NCBI RefSeq assembly: GCF_031769215.1
Contig: NW_026782003.1
Span: forward strand, 310,001-374,000
Length of the DNA stretch: 64,000 nucleotides
From: Ylistrum balloti
Lineage: Eukaryota
Direction: 5' to 3'
Shown here: in pieces, positions 23,201 through 38,200 of the stretch
Position numbering within the stretch: position 1 is the first letter of the stretch
Layout of the letters: each line of letters opens with the position of its first letter
Made by a program: the position numbers and the translations under genes
The notes under the pieces: generated by a model
Told to the model about the DNA's origin: nothing
Database searches by the model: none
What the model saw: the letters and a program-made list of their open reading frames with translations, nothing else

Positions 23201-26200
23201 ATCAGCAAAACAATTGATGGTTACATCTGTCTGGGTGTTAGAGTATTTTTTTTTCCCAAGTCACACATGAAATATGAACAAAAACTTCAAATATCAAGTC
23301 TAACTGTATTTACTTTTGGTGTCTCCTTTTTTCTGCTAACTGAATGACCAATCAAATAGCAGGGTACGTTGCAAGCTGAATACTCTTCCAGAATTTCATG
23401 TTGATATTTCTCCTGTACTTCTAAAACCAGGCCAAGTTCCTCCGCAAACAGAACATCTATATCTGATACTCCTACAAAATATCAAATTTGTATCACACTA
23501 CATTTGTATATATGTTATATAGAATTATACATTTGTAATACACTACAGTTATATGTTAGACAGAAGTACACTACATCTGTAATACACTACAGTTATATGT
23601 TAGACAGAAGTACACTACATTTGTAATACACTACAGTTATATGTTAGACAGAAGTACACTACATCTGTAATACACTACAGTTATATGTTAGACAGAAGTA
23701 CACTACATCTGTAATACACTACAGTTATATGTTAGACAGAAGTACACTACATTTGTAATACACTACAGTTATATGTTAGACAGAAGTACACTACATTTGT
23801 AATACACTGCAGTTATATTTTAGACAGAAGTACACTACATTTGTAATACACCACAGTTATATGTTGGACAGAAGTACACTACATTTGTAATACACTACAG
23901 TTATATGTTAGACAGGAGTACACTACAATTGTAATACACTACAGTTATATGTTAGACAGAAGTACACTACATTTGTAATACACTACAATTATATGTTAGA
24001 CAGAAGTACACTACCTTTGTAATACACCACAGTTATATGTTAGACAGAAGTACACTACATTTGTAATACACCACAGTTATATGTTAGACAGAAGTACACT
24101 ACATTTGTAATACACTACAGTTATATGTTAGACAGAAGTACACTACATTTGTAATACACCACAGTTATATGTTAGACAGAAGTACACTACATTTGTAATA
24201 CACCACAGTTATATGTTAGACAGAAGTACACTACATCTGTAATACACTAGTTATATGTTAGACAGAAGTACACTACATCTGTAATACACTACAATCTTAT
24301 AAGACAATGTTTGTATTACAATATCGAAGGAATAAGAGGCCTGATTTCATGGTATGAAGACAATACCTGATTCCCAATGGTTATCACAGTATGTGTTCAA
24401 GCCTTGTCTTTTGTTTTTTGTTTTTTTTGAGTTGTTCAATAATTTTTTGATAAGGAGTGAGGCTAGCACAGGTGGTAGCATTCTCCATCATCTACCTAAA
24501 TCAGATACTGGTATATCACAATCCAGACCACAGTTGCCAGCAAATGCCATTTCTAGGATACAGGTGACCAGTCCACCATCACTGACATCATGTCCACTGA
24601 TAATTTTTCGATCTGAAAATTCCATGACAAAACAGATTTAATTAGAGAGAAATATTTCCCATCCTCCAAATAAAAGTTGAAATAATTTGGAGACAATTTT
24701 TCACATAACAAAGTACTGCAAGCAATCTATATTACCCCTAATCTTCAAACAAGCTTTGGGATCGTGAACAATATATGTAAATGTGACCAGATGTCAGCAT
24801 GCAACACACTGCCATCCTAATTAATACCAGTTACTTGGGTACAAAATATGGTAGATGAACTGTAAAACCATATTTTTCATGGGGCTCAAATTTTGTGGTC
24901 TTCTATAACTTACATTTTCATTGGTACTTGAATTATGGATAAATCTTGCTCACAAAATCCAATGTTTCTAAAACCCATGTTAACTTTTGTGTGTTTAGAT
25001 ATTTTTGATGACTTATAAATTTGTGGATTTAGGGTGTACACAAAAATTGATGATTTTACAGTAATGGACTTGGTAAAAGAGATATGTTGGGACAAAGCCA
25101 CTCAGAGGCGTTGAATGATGGACGGACTGAAAGTACTAATAGTAGGATATCGATCATTTTATGGATTGTAATGGATCACTCAATGGTATTTATTGAAACT
25201 CAATGATTTTCTTTAAATTTCAAATCATAGTATGGTGAACTGTAACTGGATTCCTCCAAAAGTACATACCTTTAATTAGTTTTTGTGTTACATCAAACGC
25301 CTGACACAGGACTTGTGGCTGTTCCAAATCGGGTGTCAACTCTCCAATCTGCTGGTAACATTGAGCAAGGGCTGACCCTCCCAGTCGATGTTTTCCTCCA
25401 CTGATGTCCACAAACAACAGGGTACCTACACAAAAAAGAAGAGTCGGTGCAACATGAATGACCACACCAACAACCAAGGGGAGGAGTCATATGGAACTTT
25501 TTAGTGTCACCTGTATTAAAAACTTCAAACTGCCCATCTCATACATCTAAGGAAATAATGTCCTAATAGAACAACATCATATTTATCATATCAGGCAAAA
25601 CAGCAAAATTTAAGACCAAGGGGAACTTGAAAATGTATAAAGTCAAAGTGACCAGAAGTGTCAGAGATAAGAGCCCAGACAAAGTTTTCCTTTGATGTAG
25701 GTCAACTGTCAAAATGTAGGTCAGAGTAACCTATTTTTGATTCTTTACACACTTGGTCATCAAGATGAACCCATACCCTGAGTATCATGTTCCAGTGACA
25801 AGAAGTGTACGAGATAGAGCCTAGACAACATAACTTTTACTTTGATGTCGGTCAAAGTTCAAAATGTAGGTCAGAGTGATCTACTTTACATCAGATACAT
25901 GACACATAGCCTCATCTATGTGAACTCATACTGCAAGCATGAAGTTCCATTGACAATAAGTAGTGTGGGAGATTGAGCACAGATGAGAGAGCAAATGGAC
26001 AAAAGCCACAAAGCAAAACTGTAATACAAACAAGAAATCAAAAGTTTTAACTTAAATTCTACCAACCTTCGCCTTGCGGACATTTGAGATCTGGTGTGAC
26101 TGTGGCTGTGATATCTGGACATCCACAATACATAGAAATAACCAGTGTACCTAAAACAATTATAATGTATTTTTCAATTGGTACATTGATAGGGATGTTG

Positions 26201-29200
26201 ACAGTAAAACAATTGACTCATTCTTGGAACTATATGATTAGACCTGTAGCTAAACAAGTAAGTACTTTTAAAATTACTTTATTGGGAAAAAAATGTGATA
26301 CTATTCCAGACTTTATAATGTATCATAAGTAATATACAAAGGCTAGCTACTGATTTTTACATTGTGACATACCCGGAGCCTTCACAGTTTCACCCTCGAC
26401 ACGGGCAGCCATACTCAGCGAGTCCTTTCCCCCATCGACTGCTACACCAAGTCCACTCATTACATCACACATAGCACAGCAAGCATCAAAAAGAGCTGCT
26501 CCTTCCCCAGGAAGTTTGGCTGGCCACATCCAGTTACCACTGACTTTGATATCCTATTAAAGTACCATACTGACATATAGGTAGAGTTTGTTACTGTTTA
26601 TTGTTTCATTGAATCTCTACTTGACAAGCAGGATCGTTTTAATTGTTAATTAAATCCAATACATCAATGCTTTCTTTGATTTTTATACCAGCCAGTCATT
26701 CTAGCAGATCAACTTTGGTTATATTTTACAACAATCAAACGTATCAAGAAAGTAAAATACAACAGGTCAATTTAGACTTCTGTTAGTCAAGTCTGGCCTC
26801 CTGCAGCCTCTGATGGAAACCCTTGTCTCTGTATGTAATCTTTGTTTGTTTTGATGAAGTTTTCTTGCAACAAATATAGAGTCAAACCTGTCAATAAAGG
26901 CCACCTAGGAGAGAAAAGTGGCCTTCACAGATAAGTGGCCTCTATCAAAGGTTCACTTACCATGAACTGTATTAAATTAGGAGCCAAAATGAGGCCTTTA
27001 TAGGCAGGTGGCCTTTACAGACAGGTAGCTTTTTAAGTCATTTGGTGTATCTACTGTATGCGTAATAATAACATGTACAAGTCAAGAGAGGGATATAGTC
27101 TATCAATTATACCTTTCTATGAGTTACCAAGGCAAACACTAGATTTGTCATGGCCTCTCCCACAGACATGCGTGCCCCAGCAGCCGGACTGACCAGCCCT
27201 TTCACTGGCTGTTCTCCTATGGCTGTGGCTGACCCATATAAGTCCTACAATGAAATAAAGCATAGATGCAACAGGTGTCAAAATATACCCTTACATAGTT
27301 AGTTACTCTTTCTATCTAATTTAAGAACAACAAAAATCCCTCCAGATGCTTTGAGTTTTGATTTGTATCTGTTCTGAAATTGATATTCATCCTAGGTAAA
27401 TCAAGAATTCCACAGAAGTGGATGTGTTGCCTGCCCAGCAAGGTTTCTAGAGATGAGTCTATGTAACAACAGCCACAGACATTCTTTGTATATCTTTGAA
27501 GAAACCTTTGTGCAGACAACGACGAATCCATTGATGATTTTCTATACATAGCAAGGGTGACCTTGGCCTTGACCTCAGGTTTCTGAACAGAAGCTAAGTG
27601 CTTACATTGTGAGTGATTGCAGTCACTGCTACATCAGCTAAAGGTGTATGAAGTGGACCCACACACTGCTGCTGGGCTACAAGACCAGTCACACATCGGT
27701 CCACCTGAATAAACACATACTTAATATTACACATTGGTTCACCTTATAAAACACATACCTAAATATGACACATTGGTCAACCTTTAACACTGACCATAAA
27801 AGCTTGTCCAGGACTGATGTTTTCTTTAAGTATTAAGTGACCTCTTTGTTACCATAACATCACAAGAGCTGTTTAAGAACTGCGCTGCTCACCTATTGAT
27901 GATTTAAGGCAAATATAAATCAACCCATTTTTGGCCCCATAGATATGGAAAACATGGCGCAGTATCAATGCTTAATCTATTTTGATTAATTGCCCATTGA
28001 TATTTATGATCCAGTACTGCTTGATAAAACTGACTAAAAGTTTTTAAACACTTTAAGGTGGGACGCTGCCAAAACCAATGTCAGAGTGACAACATTACCT
28101 CCTTTGTTCTTCTAATAGACAAGCTAAAACTATTAAAGTCCAGACTTACCCTTAAAACTTAAAATGGTTGTGACCAGCGAGTCAAAAATGAAAATTTATC
28201 TCATTAATACTTACTACTTAAGTCCAGTTTCGGGTCAATGGTCAATTAAGTTAGCTGATTACCTTATTAGTAAGATACCTCTTGCTGGCTACTGATGGCA
28301 GGCGTAGAACCCTCATTAGGGCATCCTTTACCTGTAGCCCCTCAGGTAGAACCAGGGGTTTCAGTGGCATTTCCTTGTGGTCAAGGGTAAACTCCTACAA
28401 CATCAGAACAATATATAAACTTACATTTTGTCAGCAAGTCTATTTCACATATGATTGTTTGGACTTCAATTTTACAGTGTTATAATGATCATAGCAAACA
28501 GTCAAAAATCAAAATCAAGAATTGCCAAAAATGGTGGTCTTTATGTTCAACTGAATACAAAAAACATACAGAGTATTGCTAAAGCAATACAGGTCCCCAG
28601 CAGGGCCCAACAATCTATAACATTGTAATAATTTATTGAGATGTTTAGTGTTAATTTGGAATAAAAGGAAAGGATACAGTTAGTTTGTCATTGATTGTAA
28701 TGGAACAATGCAATGAATAAGTATGACAATCTGACAATATAGTTTAATTATAAATGTGTAATAATGTGTCATTTATTCGTAAGTGTGTGAAGTTTGATCA
28801 AAATTTTGTAAGGAATGAAGCCACTAGAGTGTTAGTAACAATATTCTAAAAATAGTAATGGAATGCTGACCTTGACCTTGACCAAATGACCCTGAAATTT
28901 GAACTTGTTAAAAGATATTTTAATACTTTAACTCTTTCTGTACTCAACTCAAATTCTGTGGTTGCTACCAGAAGTGACCTCTCGGTTGTTCACTGCACAT
29001 GACACTTATCCAAGTACATAGCTGGAGTGCTCGTTTTGATACAATTTACAACTGAGAAGTGCTTAATTTTGTTGAATATCTGCTTAGAAATACAGTGTAA
29101 TTGTTCAGTAAATTCACAAGATGTACAACAGTTCATGTGTTTACTGTGTCACTCATGTGTACTGTACCACTCCATTGTAAACTCAGTTTTTTGTTACATG

Positions 29201-32200
29201 CACAAGTTACACATATTCTAGTTTTATTTTCACAATAAACTGTACTCATTTATATATTTATCATATTTATATGATTTTCAAAAGTTGTAACAGCGATCTT
29301 GATCAAACAACTAGGGAAAGTCAAACTTGTTCAAAGAATATTGATTCCTTACATGGATATGAAATTCTGATGAGAATTCCTCAAGGAAAAAAGGTTCTAG
29401 TAAGCTGAAAACTTATGACCAGTGGATAGCACGATACCATAAAAATTATGTGCTGTCATGTGTACTATTTAAATGGTTTAATCATGCATTTTTGGTTTGG
29501 GTTTTTTTGTTTTTGCAATTATTATTGATAAATTATTGCAGGATAAAAGAGTGCATGGTAAATATGGTACAATATATGATTTATTGTTGTTTCGGCACAG
29601 AACAAGGGGATTTTCAGATGATTTGCCAACGTTTTTTTTATCTTTGTCTAACCCTCAGCAACAAAAAAACCTTGTATAAGTATTAAATAATGCCAACAAT
29701 GCATTCTTCAAGTATAAAGTGAATGATTGAAGTTATACACCAAATTTCATTCTTACAGTATTGTTGAATTGTTGTGGAGTGAAATTTCTCTATATTCATT
29801 ACCATGTGGTTCAAATTTCTAAATGATCAGTTATGTCTTGATCTTACAAAAGCATTTTCTTCATTATATTGTAAATCATTTCTAATCTACCCTGCTATAA
29901 TACAAATACTCCTGGTTAACATACATATCCCTACCTTTCTTGGCATGGAGCCAAGCACATGTTCAAGGTGGAGATCAACAGGATATTTATGAAGCTTCCT
30001 TCTTTTTTTAGCAGGGCTTCCATCTCCTTCAGAGTAGTCAAATCCTTCAAACCTAATCTGTGAAAAATATTCACACCATTAATTTTGGTATGTCGTTAGC
30101 AACAAATATATATTTATATAAGTTAATTAACAGAAAAGCATCAGTTTTAATATTTTGTACAGTGGACTAGGTTACAACACTGATGCTGACTATGGTTCAA
30201 TCCATTCAGGTGTAATCTACATAGAATTCATACCAGCCAGTGAAACTGTAAACTCAAGCACACAGATTATTCAATCCCAATACCTGGTTGTCTCAATCTT
30301 TATATTAAAGTTTGGACATGTCTGATAAAATATATTAATTGAAACTTTTAAAACAATTGAATTTCTCTGAAGAAGCATTCATATGGGAAATATTTTGTAA
30401 ATTCAATTCTGTCAAATTTGGTCAAATAATCATAATTTTGAAGTCAAGTTTCATCAGGCATTAAATTTCAAGAAATGAACCTTGAGTGATTTAAGTAACC
30501 TACTTTTCCATCCCCAGTGATCTTGCCCACTACGTCAACAGGACATCTTTCTCTATTACCAATGGTTTCTAGGACATCACGGTCAGACTTGTGGAGGAGA
30601 ATAGCATTACTTTCCTGGTACTCTGCCCCCCATAACTCCATGTTGGTGAGAGTGGGGTCTCCTAAAGTAAACTCTGATGCTCTGATCAGAGCCCCAGCCG
30701 GCTCTGCTATCTCCTTCAGCACATTACCTGAGAAAGCGACAAATTCACAGAAATGTTATACCAGGTTTGATTCCTGCCGAAGTTTATTTCTTAAAAACCA
30801 CAAGTAATGCCTATTTCGTGACACAGGTTTCTTGTCTTCAGAGCTCTACATTAGCACTTCTCCATACCAGTACAAAACTCTGTTGAAAAAGTACATCATG
30901 ACATGAACCAGTCCAATCAGACAAGTGATTTTAACTGTAACAAGTTGTTATAAATGTTTTAAAAATATTAAATAAATAAACTACATCATTCAAATTCTCC
31001 TGTCACAATTGATGTACTCATGTTTTTTCTATTCATGTCCTATGAGGCCACAATGAAGATTAAGTTAACAATTAACAAGATACCGGATGTTTTTTACTGC
31101 TGGAAAGTAGAAGTGTTCTGAATGTAATCTGCATCTTAGCTATGTTTGTTTTCAGGAGCAGTTACTCAGTCAAAGTGTTTTAGTGACATTGAATAATATT
31201 GACTGCTAGATTGTTTATGTTTGAGGTTGTCAGATGATGGATTCAACAAATTTTGGTTTAAGTCTGAAAGGAAAAAAGTAAAAAAAAAATAAAAAAAACT
31301 CGTAATGTTGATGATCAGAGCAAAGAAGCTAGAAAGGAGCATGAGCTAAAGAGATTCAGGACATTTAAAATCGCGCTGATTATTTATTGTAAATGAAATC
31401 TGATTCTAGCTTGAAAGTTTGGACAACTGCATTTAACAGTCGTACAAATGGTTTTTAAAATATACTTGTAAAATATTAATGTTGAGCCCAGGTCTTGATG
31501 ATGTAAGGTTAAATATTAAATTGATTTTGTCCAGAACAGGGTTATTGCCATGCCCATTTCTTTACACAAGGCTAGTGTTGTGTTCTGTTGCTTTCCAATG
31601 TTAATGTAATGTCCATTTCTAGATTGTTATCATGTCCATATCTTCATATAAATATTCTACATCTATTTCATGACATTATTTAATTGTCCTGTTAATTGTC
31701 ATCCTCACATCCATTTCTTGAGATGTAGGGTTACTGTCATAGAGATAAAGTTAGTGTTATTTCTGGACATATGGTTATTGCCATGACTTTAAGAGATGCT
31801 AAAAAATATCGTTTTCAGCATATGGAACACAGAAATGATGGTCATCGGTTGCATCAGACAGGTAGTTGCTGAATTCAGGTTAATTGTGTAGTAAATTACA
31901 TTGGGAGCAAAACTACAGTCACATATGACAGGAAGTCACTTAATTCAGGTGATAGCTAAGACATATTTTTACTGTATATGATAGTTTGTGATGATTGATA
32001 CATACCATTGCCTCCTGCCCCCTGGTCATGTATACTAGCTATAGGATTCTTGTCCCCCATCTCCAGACAAGCACGAATCAGACGATTGAGTTTCTGCTCC
32101 ATTTCAGGGTCTCCTCTTTGCACAGCTCCGAAATCGAGCTCTGCCTTGTTATCTCCCTGTACGAGGACAGAGGATGCAGCTCCCCCGCCTACTCCAATAC

Positions 32201-35200
32201 GGTACACTGGGCCCCCTATCTTAGCTACTCTCATACCTACAAATATCAGCATACCACTATTTAGCTGCTGCAAGCTTGGTCAAATCTTTAAAGGATGACA
32301 GTGCTACCCACATGTACATGAAAGTAAAACCAGATCAAGAGACTTTGAGCAAATCAGGTATTTGATTTTCGTTGACTTAATGCCACCTGCATTTACAAAT
32401 TTTAGTAATTAAGTTGACCAATGAGCTTCACTGCTTACTTGGTACTTAATGTTTTTTCTAAATATATTAACTTTATTATCACTGACATGCACAACAGGTT
32501 TCTATCAATTCTATTTAAACAAACATGCTAACACTTAACATTAAAATCATATGTTGACAAATGATGACTTCTATGACCTTGAATATAGATTAAGGTCATT
32601 ATCTTTAGCAAGATTTGTTAGGCATTATCCCAAGGCTTCATCCCAGGAAGCTACAAATTTATACATGCAGTTGTTTAATTTTAAGCTAATCTTCCACAAT
32701 TGTTCCAGGTTTGGCAATTTCACTGGTGTTTAATTTCACACGTCTATGAACTGGTGTCAATATATACAGGAATAACAGATATTTTCTGAAATTTTTTCGA
32801 ATTATTTGCAGGTTGCTTAATTTTGTGTTATCTTTATTGACCATGATTTCAATCCTTTGATAATGTAATCAATCATAGTCAAATACTGCAATTTATGACT
32901 TGTTTATAAAGAAAATGAATAAGAAAACAATGAAGTTACAAAATAAATCTATAGAGTTCTATTGATATACAATATTGAGAAAGTTTACATTTAAAAGCAT
33001 CAAAGGACTTCATTTTCATCAGCTTTTTCACTTTCATTTACAATGTCAATAAGAAATTGGCCTTTGGATCTCTGCAGCTGGCGATACGATACCATATTTT
33101 ATGAACACCAAGGAACAGTCTAAAGATAACATTTAAACAAAATACATTGTACATAATCATCTGTGCCACAGAGGCAATTAATGATCTGTTGTGCTACTGC
33201 GGAGGTCCTGTAAAAGTTAACTTTGCTTTTAACCAATTTCCATTTACATAGTCACATGTACTGAATATATTTTAAATACAAAAATTACCTACCTTCTTCC
33301 GGTAACTTTTTAGTGATGCAGTTAGCATCTAATTGTCCAATACCGCCACTAAACATGATAGGTTTAACATATTCTCTCCTCTCACCGTCTGGTGTGGTCA
33401 GACCAAACGACCGAGCAAACCCTGTGAGAACAGGCTCTCCAAATTTGTTGCCGTAGTCTGAAGCTCCATTACTGCCCTCCACAGCGATTTCAACTGGACG
33501 AGCGAAGTTACTAGGGTAGATATAAGTCTTATCCTCCCATGGCAGGTCATAACCTGCAACAGATATGATACTGATCCAGCACAGGCCTAATTCAATCGGA
33601 TCCCACAATCAACGATATTTCCAATAAAGCAACATCATAGCCAATTCCCTTAATTTTGATTTTTTGGTGTCACAAAAATTTCAAACTTTGGGGTCTGAAT
33701 AGAATGGTTTTATTTTCCTTTGTCTAAATTCTGATGTCTTGAAAGGAAACAGATAACTTTAGCCACAGACAAAAGAATATTGTTGATGAGGTTTTTCTAA
33801 AGGGTTTGGTTCTCTTATAGCATTATTATGAATCGCAACATACAACATTGTAACAAAAGTCTTGAAGAGCTTTTCATATAGTAGTGTTTTTAGCCTAAGT
33901 GGCAGAGCCAATGCAGATATGCATGTTATCACATACTTACCTGGTATGTGAAGGTTGCCAAAGCTATAACCTGCGGTGCCTGCCACAACGTGAGCCCCTC
34001 GACCCGCAGCCTGAACATCCCTGATTCTCCCCCCTGTACCTGTAGTGGCCCCTGGGAAGGGAGCCACACCTACAAAAGTAAAACATTACCTTAACATCAG
34101 TTAACAAATTGCTTTAGGTGCAATTTGTTTCATCTTTCCTCCAAACTACCACTTAAAGTCTGCATCGATCATCTTCAGTCAAAAATATTCACACAAAGGT
34201 GAGGACAATCCAGGGGAAAAGGTGTTTCAAATGAACAGGCAGAATTTCTCTCAAAATGCAGTACACGTTTGACATCTGTACCAAGATACCTTTAACTAAT
34301 TGACAGGAACTTTTCTGCATTTTTATCAATATTCAGCACAATATGGTGAACATGTTTAGTTCCATACCTGTTGGAAAGTTGTGAGTCTCTGCAGTGAAGA
34401 TAATATGTCGTTTTTTCTCTTTTGAGTGTACCATGGGACTCGGCTTGGTTGGGTCACTGGGCTGTAATACCTCCACATCAAACCCCTTGATACCACTGTC
34501 AGGAAAATTTACTGGTTTTCAATGAAGACCATGATCATGACCTATTCAGTTACAGCTTTGAACTTTTCAATATATAATGTATAGAAAACGAAAGTTGAAA
34601 TGACCAGTTTAAATTTACTGAAAAGTTATCACCATGTGACATTAAGTCACCCTTTTAATGTATCTAAAATCACCAATTCTTCTAGAAAGATTTGCTCAGA
34701 GTTTTTTTTTTCCTAAATTTAAGTATTATACATCTTTATTAACAGATGAGCATATCACTTGTAAAGACTCACTATGTAAAAAGGGGATCTAACAGGAGTT
34801 GTCACACTATGATGAATTTTTTGTGTTCAGTAATTTGGTATGTCTACACTTGTGTTGCATAGTCTCTAGATGAAGCCTACCGACAACAATGTATGTATTT
34901 ATCAATACTTTGACAAGACAATTAGTCACAAGAGTCTCGTTATTATCAAAATCAGTTGTAGATGCTTGATGTTTCCTTACGTCACTAAATTTTATGTAAG
35001 CATTGTTTAAATACAAAGAGACATGTAAGACACCTAAATGCCATGTGATATGATATATACCGTATTTATTCCAATAAATGCCCCAGGGGGTGATTAATAG
35101 AACACAAAATTTCATAATTTGTTGGTCGTGACATGCCATGGCTGCCACTTAAAAACATTGTTTAACAACCTAACGAATTACTCAACAAAGAATGCATTTG

Positions 35201-38200
35201 AAAATTGCAGTAATTCCAACATCGTTGTAGCTTTAAACATTGTTGTCAATTGCATTCTGATAACCTGAATTCTTGTATGAAATGACACGATGTCAATCGT
35301 GTCAGCTTCATTCAAAAATGTACAATGTTCATCATCGCTTGTAGGCCTAGTTTGCATAACAAAATAAAAAAACACAGCGGTATATATGCCAGTCTGTTTC
35401 TTAATAAATCCCACATACCTGATAACAATGTCTGGGACAAAACGAAATTATGACACTGCTTTCAAGCTTAAAGTAATCGCCTTCGCAGAGGAGAAGGGTA
35501 AACATGCCGCCGCGAAAGGGTTTTGTGTTGACAGAAAATGAGTGCGGGACTGGTGTCAAAACAAAGAAAAATTTTTAAATCTTTCTAAAAACATCTAAAC
35601 GCTGTAAAGGAGGTGGGAGGCATGTCAGATATGAAGATATTGACAAAAATCTTATGAGATGGCTACAGGACAGACAGGAGGCCGGAATACGAGTGACTGG
35701 GAAAGCATTGCGGTTTGAGGCCCTGCGTATGCATAAGGCAAATGGTAGTCAATCGTTCAAAGCCTCATATGGATGGTTTTCTAAATTCAAAAAGAGACAT
35801 AACATTTCGTTCAGGCGATCTACACATGTGGCACAACATGAAGTTTCATTCATTGATGATCGTATTGACAGTTTTTTTAATTTCGTGTTAAGAATGCGTC
35901 AGCTACGAGACAGTAGTTCGTACGGCAGTCCCGGCCGTTAGGAATGCAGTATATTGAAATGAACCGTGGATTAAATTGATATCACTTGTGTACATGTCGT
36001 GACAGTGTAATTTTCTTGTGCCAAAATTCATTTGTTCATGTTCATGGATACCAGGAATTCAAAATTTATTAAAAGGTAAGCTTTGTAACCTGACTCCTGA
36101 GTTGTTGAAATTTACTGAGAAAACAGGTGGGGGGCGTTTATTAGAGACGGGGCGTTTATTGGAAAAAATACGGTATTGTTGTTAATAGTTAATATAAACA
36201 TTGATTTAATCATTTGATCTTGGAAATTATATACACATAGTGTCATCAATGATGCCTAAGTGGCATCACCTACTACATCCAGTTTAATTTGGCATTTCAA
36301 TCATACAGGAGATAATCTAATGAGATATTCTATGAAAATCTGTTGTTATGAAGTGTAAATATTAGGACTATTATTTATTTTCTGTACATGCATGTAAGGG
36401 TATTTACATTTGGGTAACCACATATTTTACTTGGTGTGCATTATCAAGCATTATATAGTTATCTCGAAAGAAATACACTTTGATGCACAAAACAATCCAT
36501 GACACAAGCCTTCAGGCAAGCTTAATCAATTCAATATGATATTGACAAGGATGTAGGATTCTATTTACCATAAAACTCAATACAGTGGGATACCTTTTTA
36601 CTGACTATAAAATCTTGTAACATCATTTAGTTATACATGTTTTTACATGTGTCTCCCGATGTGTATGACATGTCAGAACAGGACAAGCCTTATAATCCAA
36701 CCTTGTACAGTACCTGCTGTTATCAGAAAACTTGATGACATTGTTATCATTAGATGTTTTTTGTGTCCCCTTAATCATGTCAAATAACGATTCCTGGTGC
36801 TCTTTTCCATCCACCTTCATCCTCCCTCGAAAAAACCAGTGACGACTGTGTTCACTGCAAAATAAAGTCACATATCAATTGTCAACAAAAATCTACAGTC
36901 TCCTGTTTGATATTAGCTGCTAATGTGTTAATTTGCTAAATTTTGTAACCTTTATGGGTGAGGCATTTATAATTCAAATTTTACTGAGGTATATCATTAT
37001 GAAAAGATTTTATACAAGACATTTCGCAAGAATTGAAAATCATAGTTATCCACATAACTATAGCTGTATTTATTTATGTTATTTATGTGAATGATTCTCG
37101 TATTTTTCCAGTGAAATCAAGACATGTCTAAAAGCCTGAAAATTGGAGCTTTATAAACTGACACTGTAAAATGTTACATGCTATATTTGAACTTGATGTG
37201 ATGATCACAGTAAACAAAACACAGTACATTGACTTTCCTTTATGTGATGCACCTGGTATATTTTATCAAGATCTTATAACTCTGAGCAAGTAAGAAAGCA
37301 AAATATGACGAATCAGTATCAACAAGTTTTCCTTCTGCCTAAAATCTAAATATGAAGGTAACAGAGAACAGGATTATATAGTATGAGAAACCACAAAGAA
37401 TGCAGAACAAACACAGATGTTGTATTCTCCTTCCCAGCTAAGCCAGTTTTACTATTTACAAGACTTATCCAATGATAAGCCCATGCCTAGTGTTGCAGTT
37501 ACATACAAATGTCAATAAATATTTTTTCAAGGAAATGTAATAAGATGATGCGTTTCTCAATTACAGTCTGATGTGTTGACAACTTTGATTTATTACAGCG
37601 GACAAAAAGTGAAATGTTGAACAAAATAATAACTTCAAGTTTCCAAAGTGATCCCTATAAATCCTCCATCTTGACACTGTAGTACCTGTTTGACTGTGCC
37701 AAATCGAAGCATTCTACATTGGTTGGGTTACGTTTGACAGTCTCCTGGAACAACTTGGTATAGTAGTCCATATCCCAGTCATCAAAAGCCAATCCTGACA
37801 AAACAATTGGCAAGAAACTAGAAAATATCTTTACAGATTCTATACCACATTCTCATGAAAATTAGTTTGGTATGACAATTTTCTACAGTAATGAAATGGT
37901 TAGCGAGACTTTGGCATCCTAATTATCATAACATTGATTAAATTTTGTTTCAAATTCAACACCCTGATTTGGTTATCTTTTATAGTAACAGTGACCTTGA
38001 CCTGCAACTTGGAAATAGACGCTCTATAAAGTATTCTCATTGATGAATTCCAGCATCGTATAGTTTGTATTCAAAATTAGAAAAGAGTTGCAACAATGAA
38101 GCATTGAAATGAAACAGGATATGATAAAGAATGGTAACAATGGAATGGACAGGAGAGCCAAGGTTAAAAATAACATAAATATAATATACTGCACACATTC

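Noticed and set aside
23500-24292. 44-bp array as a fifth splice-junction-derived repeat
   Set aside because: It begins ~25 nt from the acceptor of exon 23471, but its unit shows no clear match to the exon or the AG.
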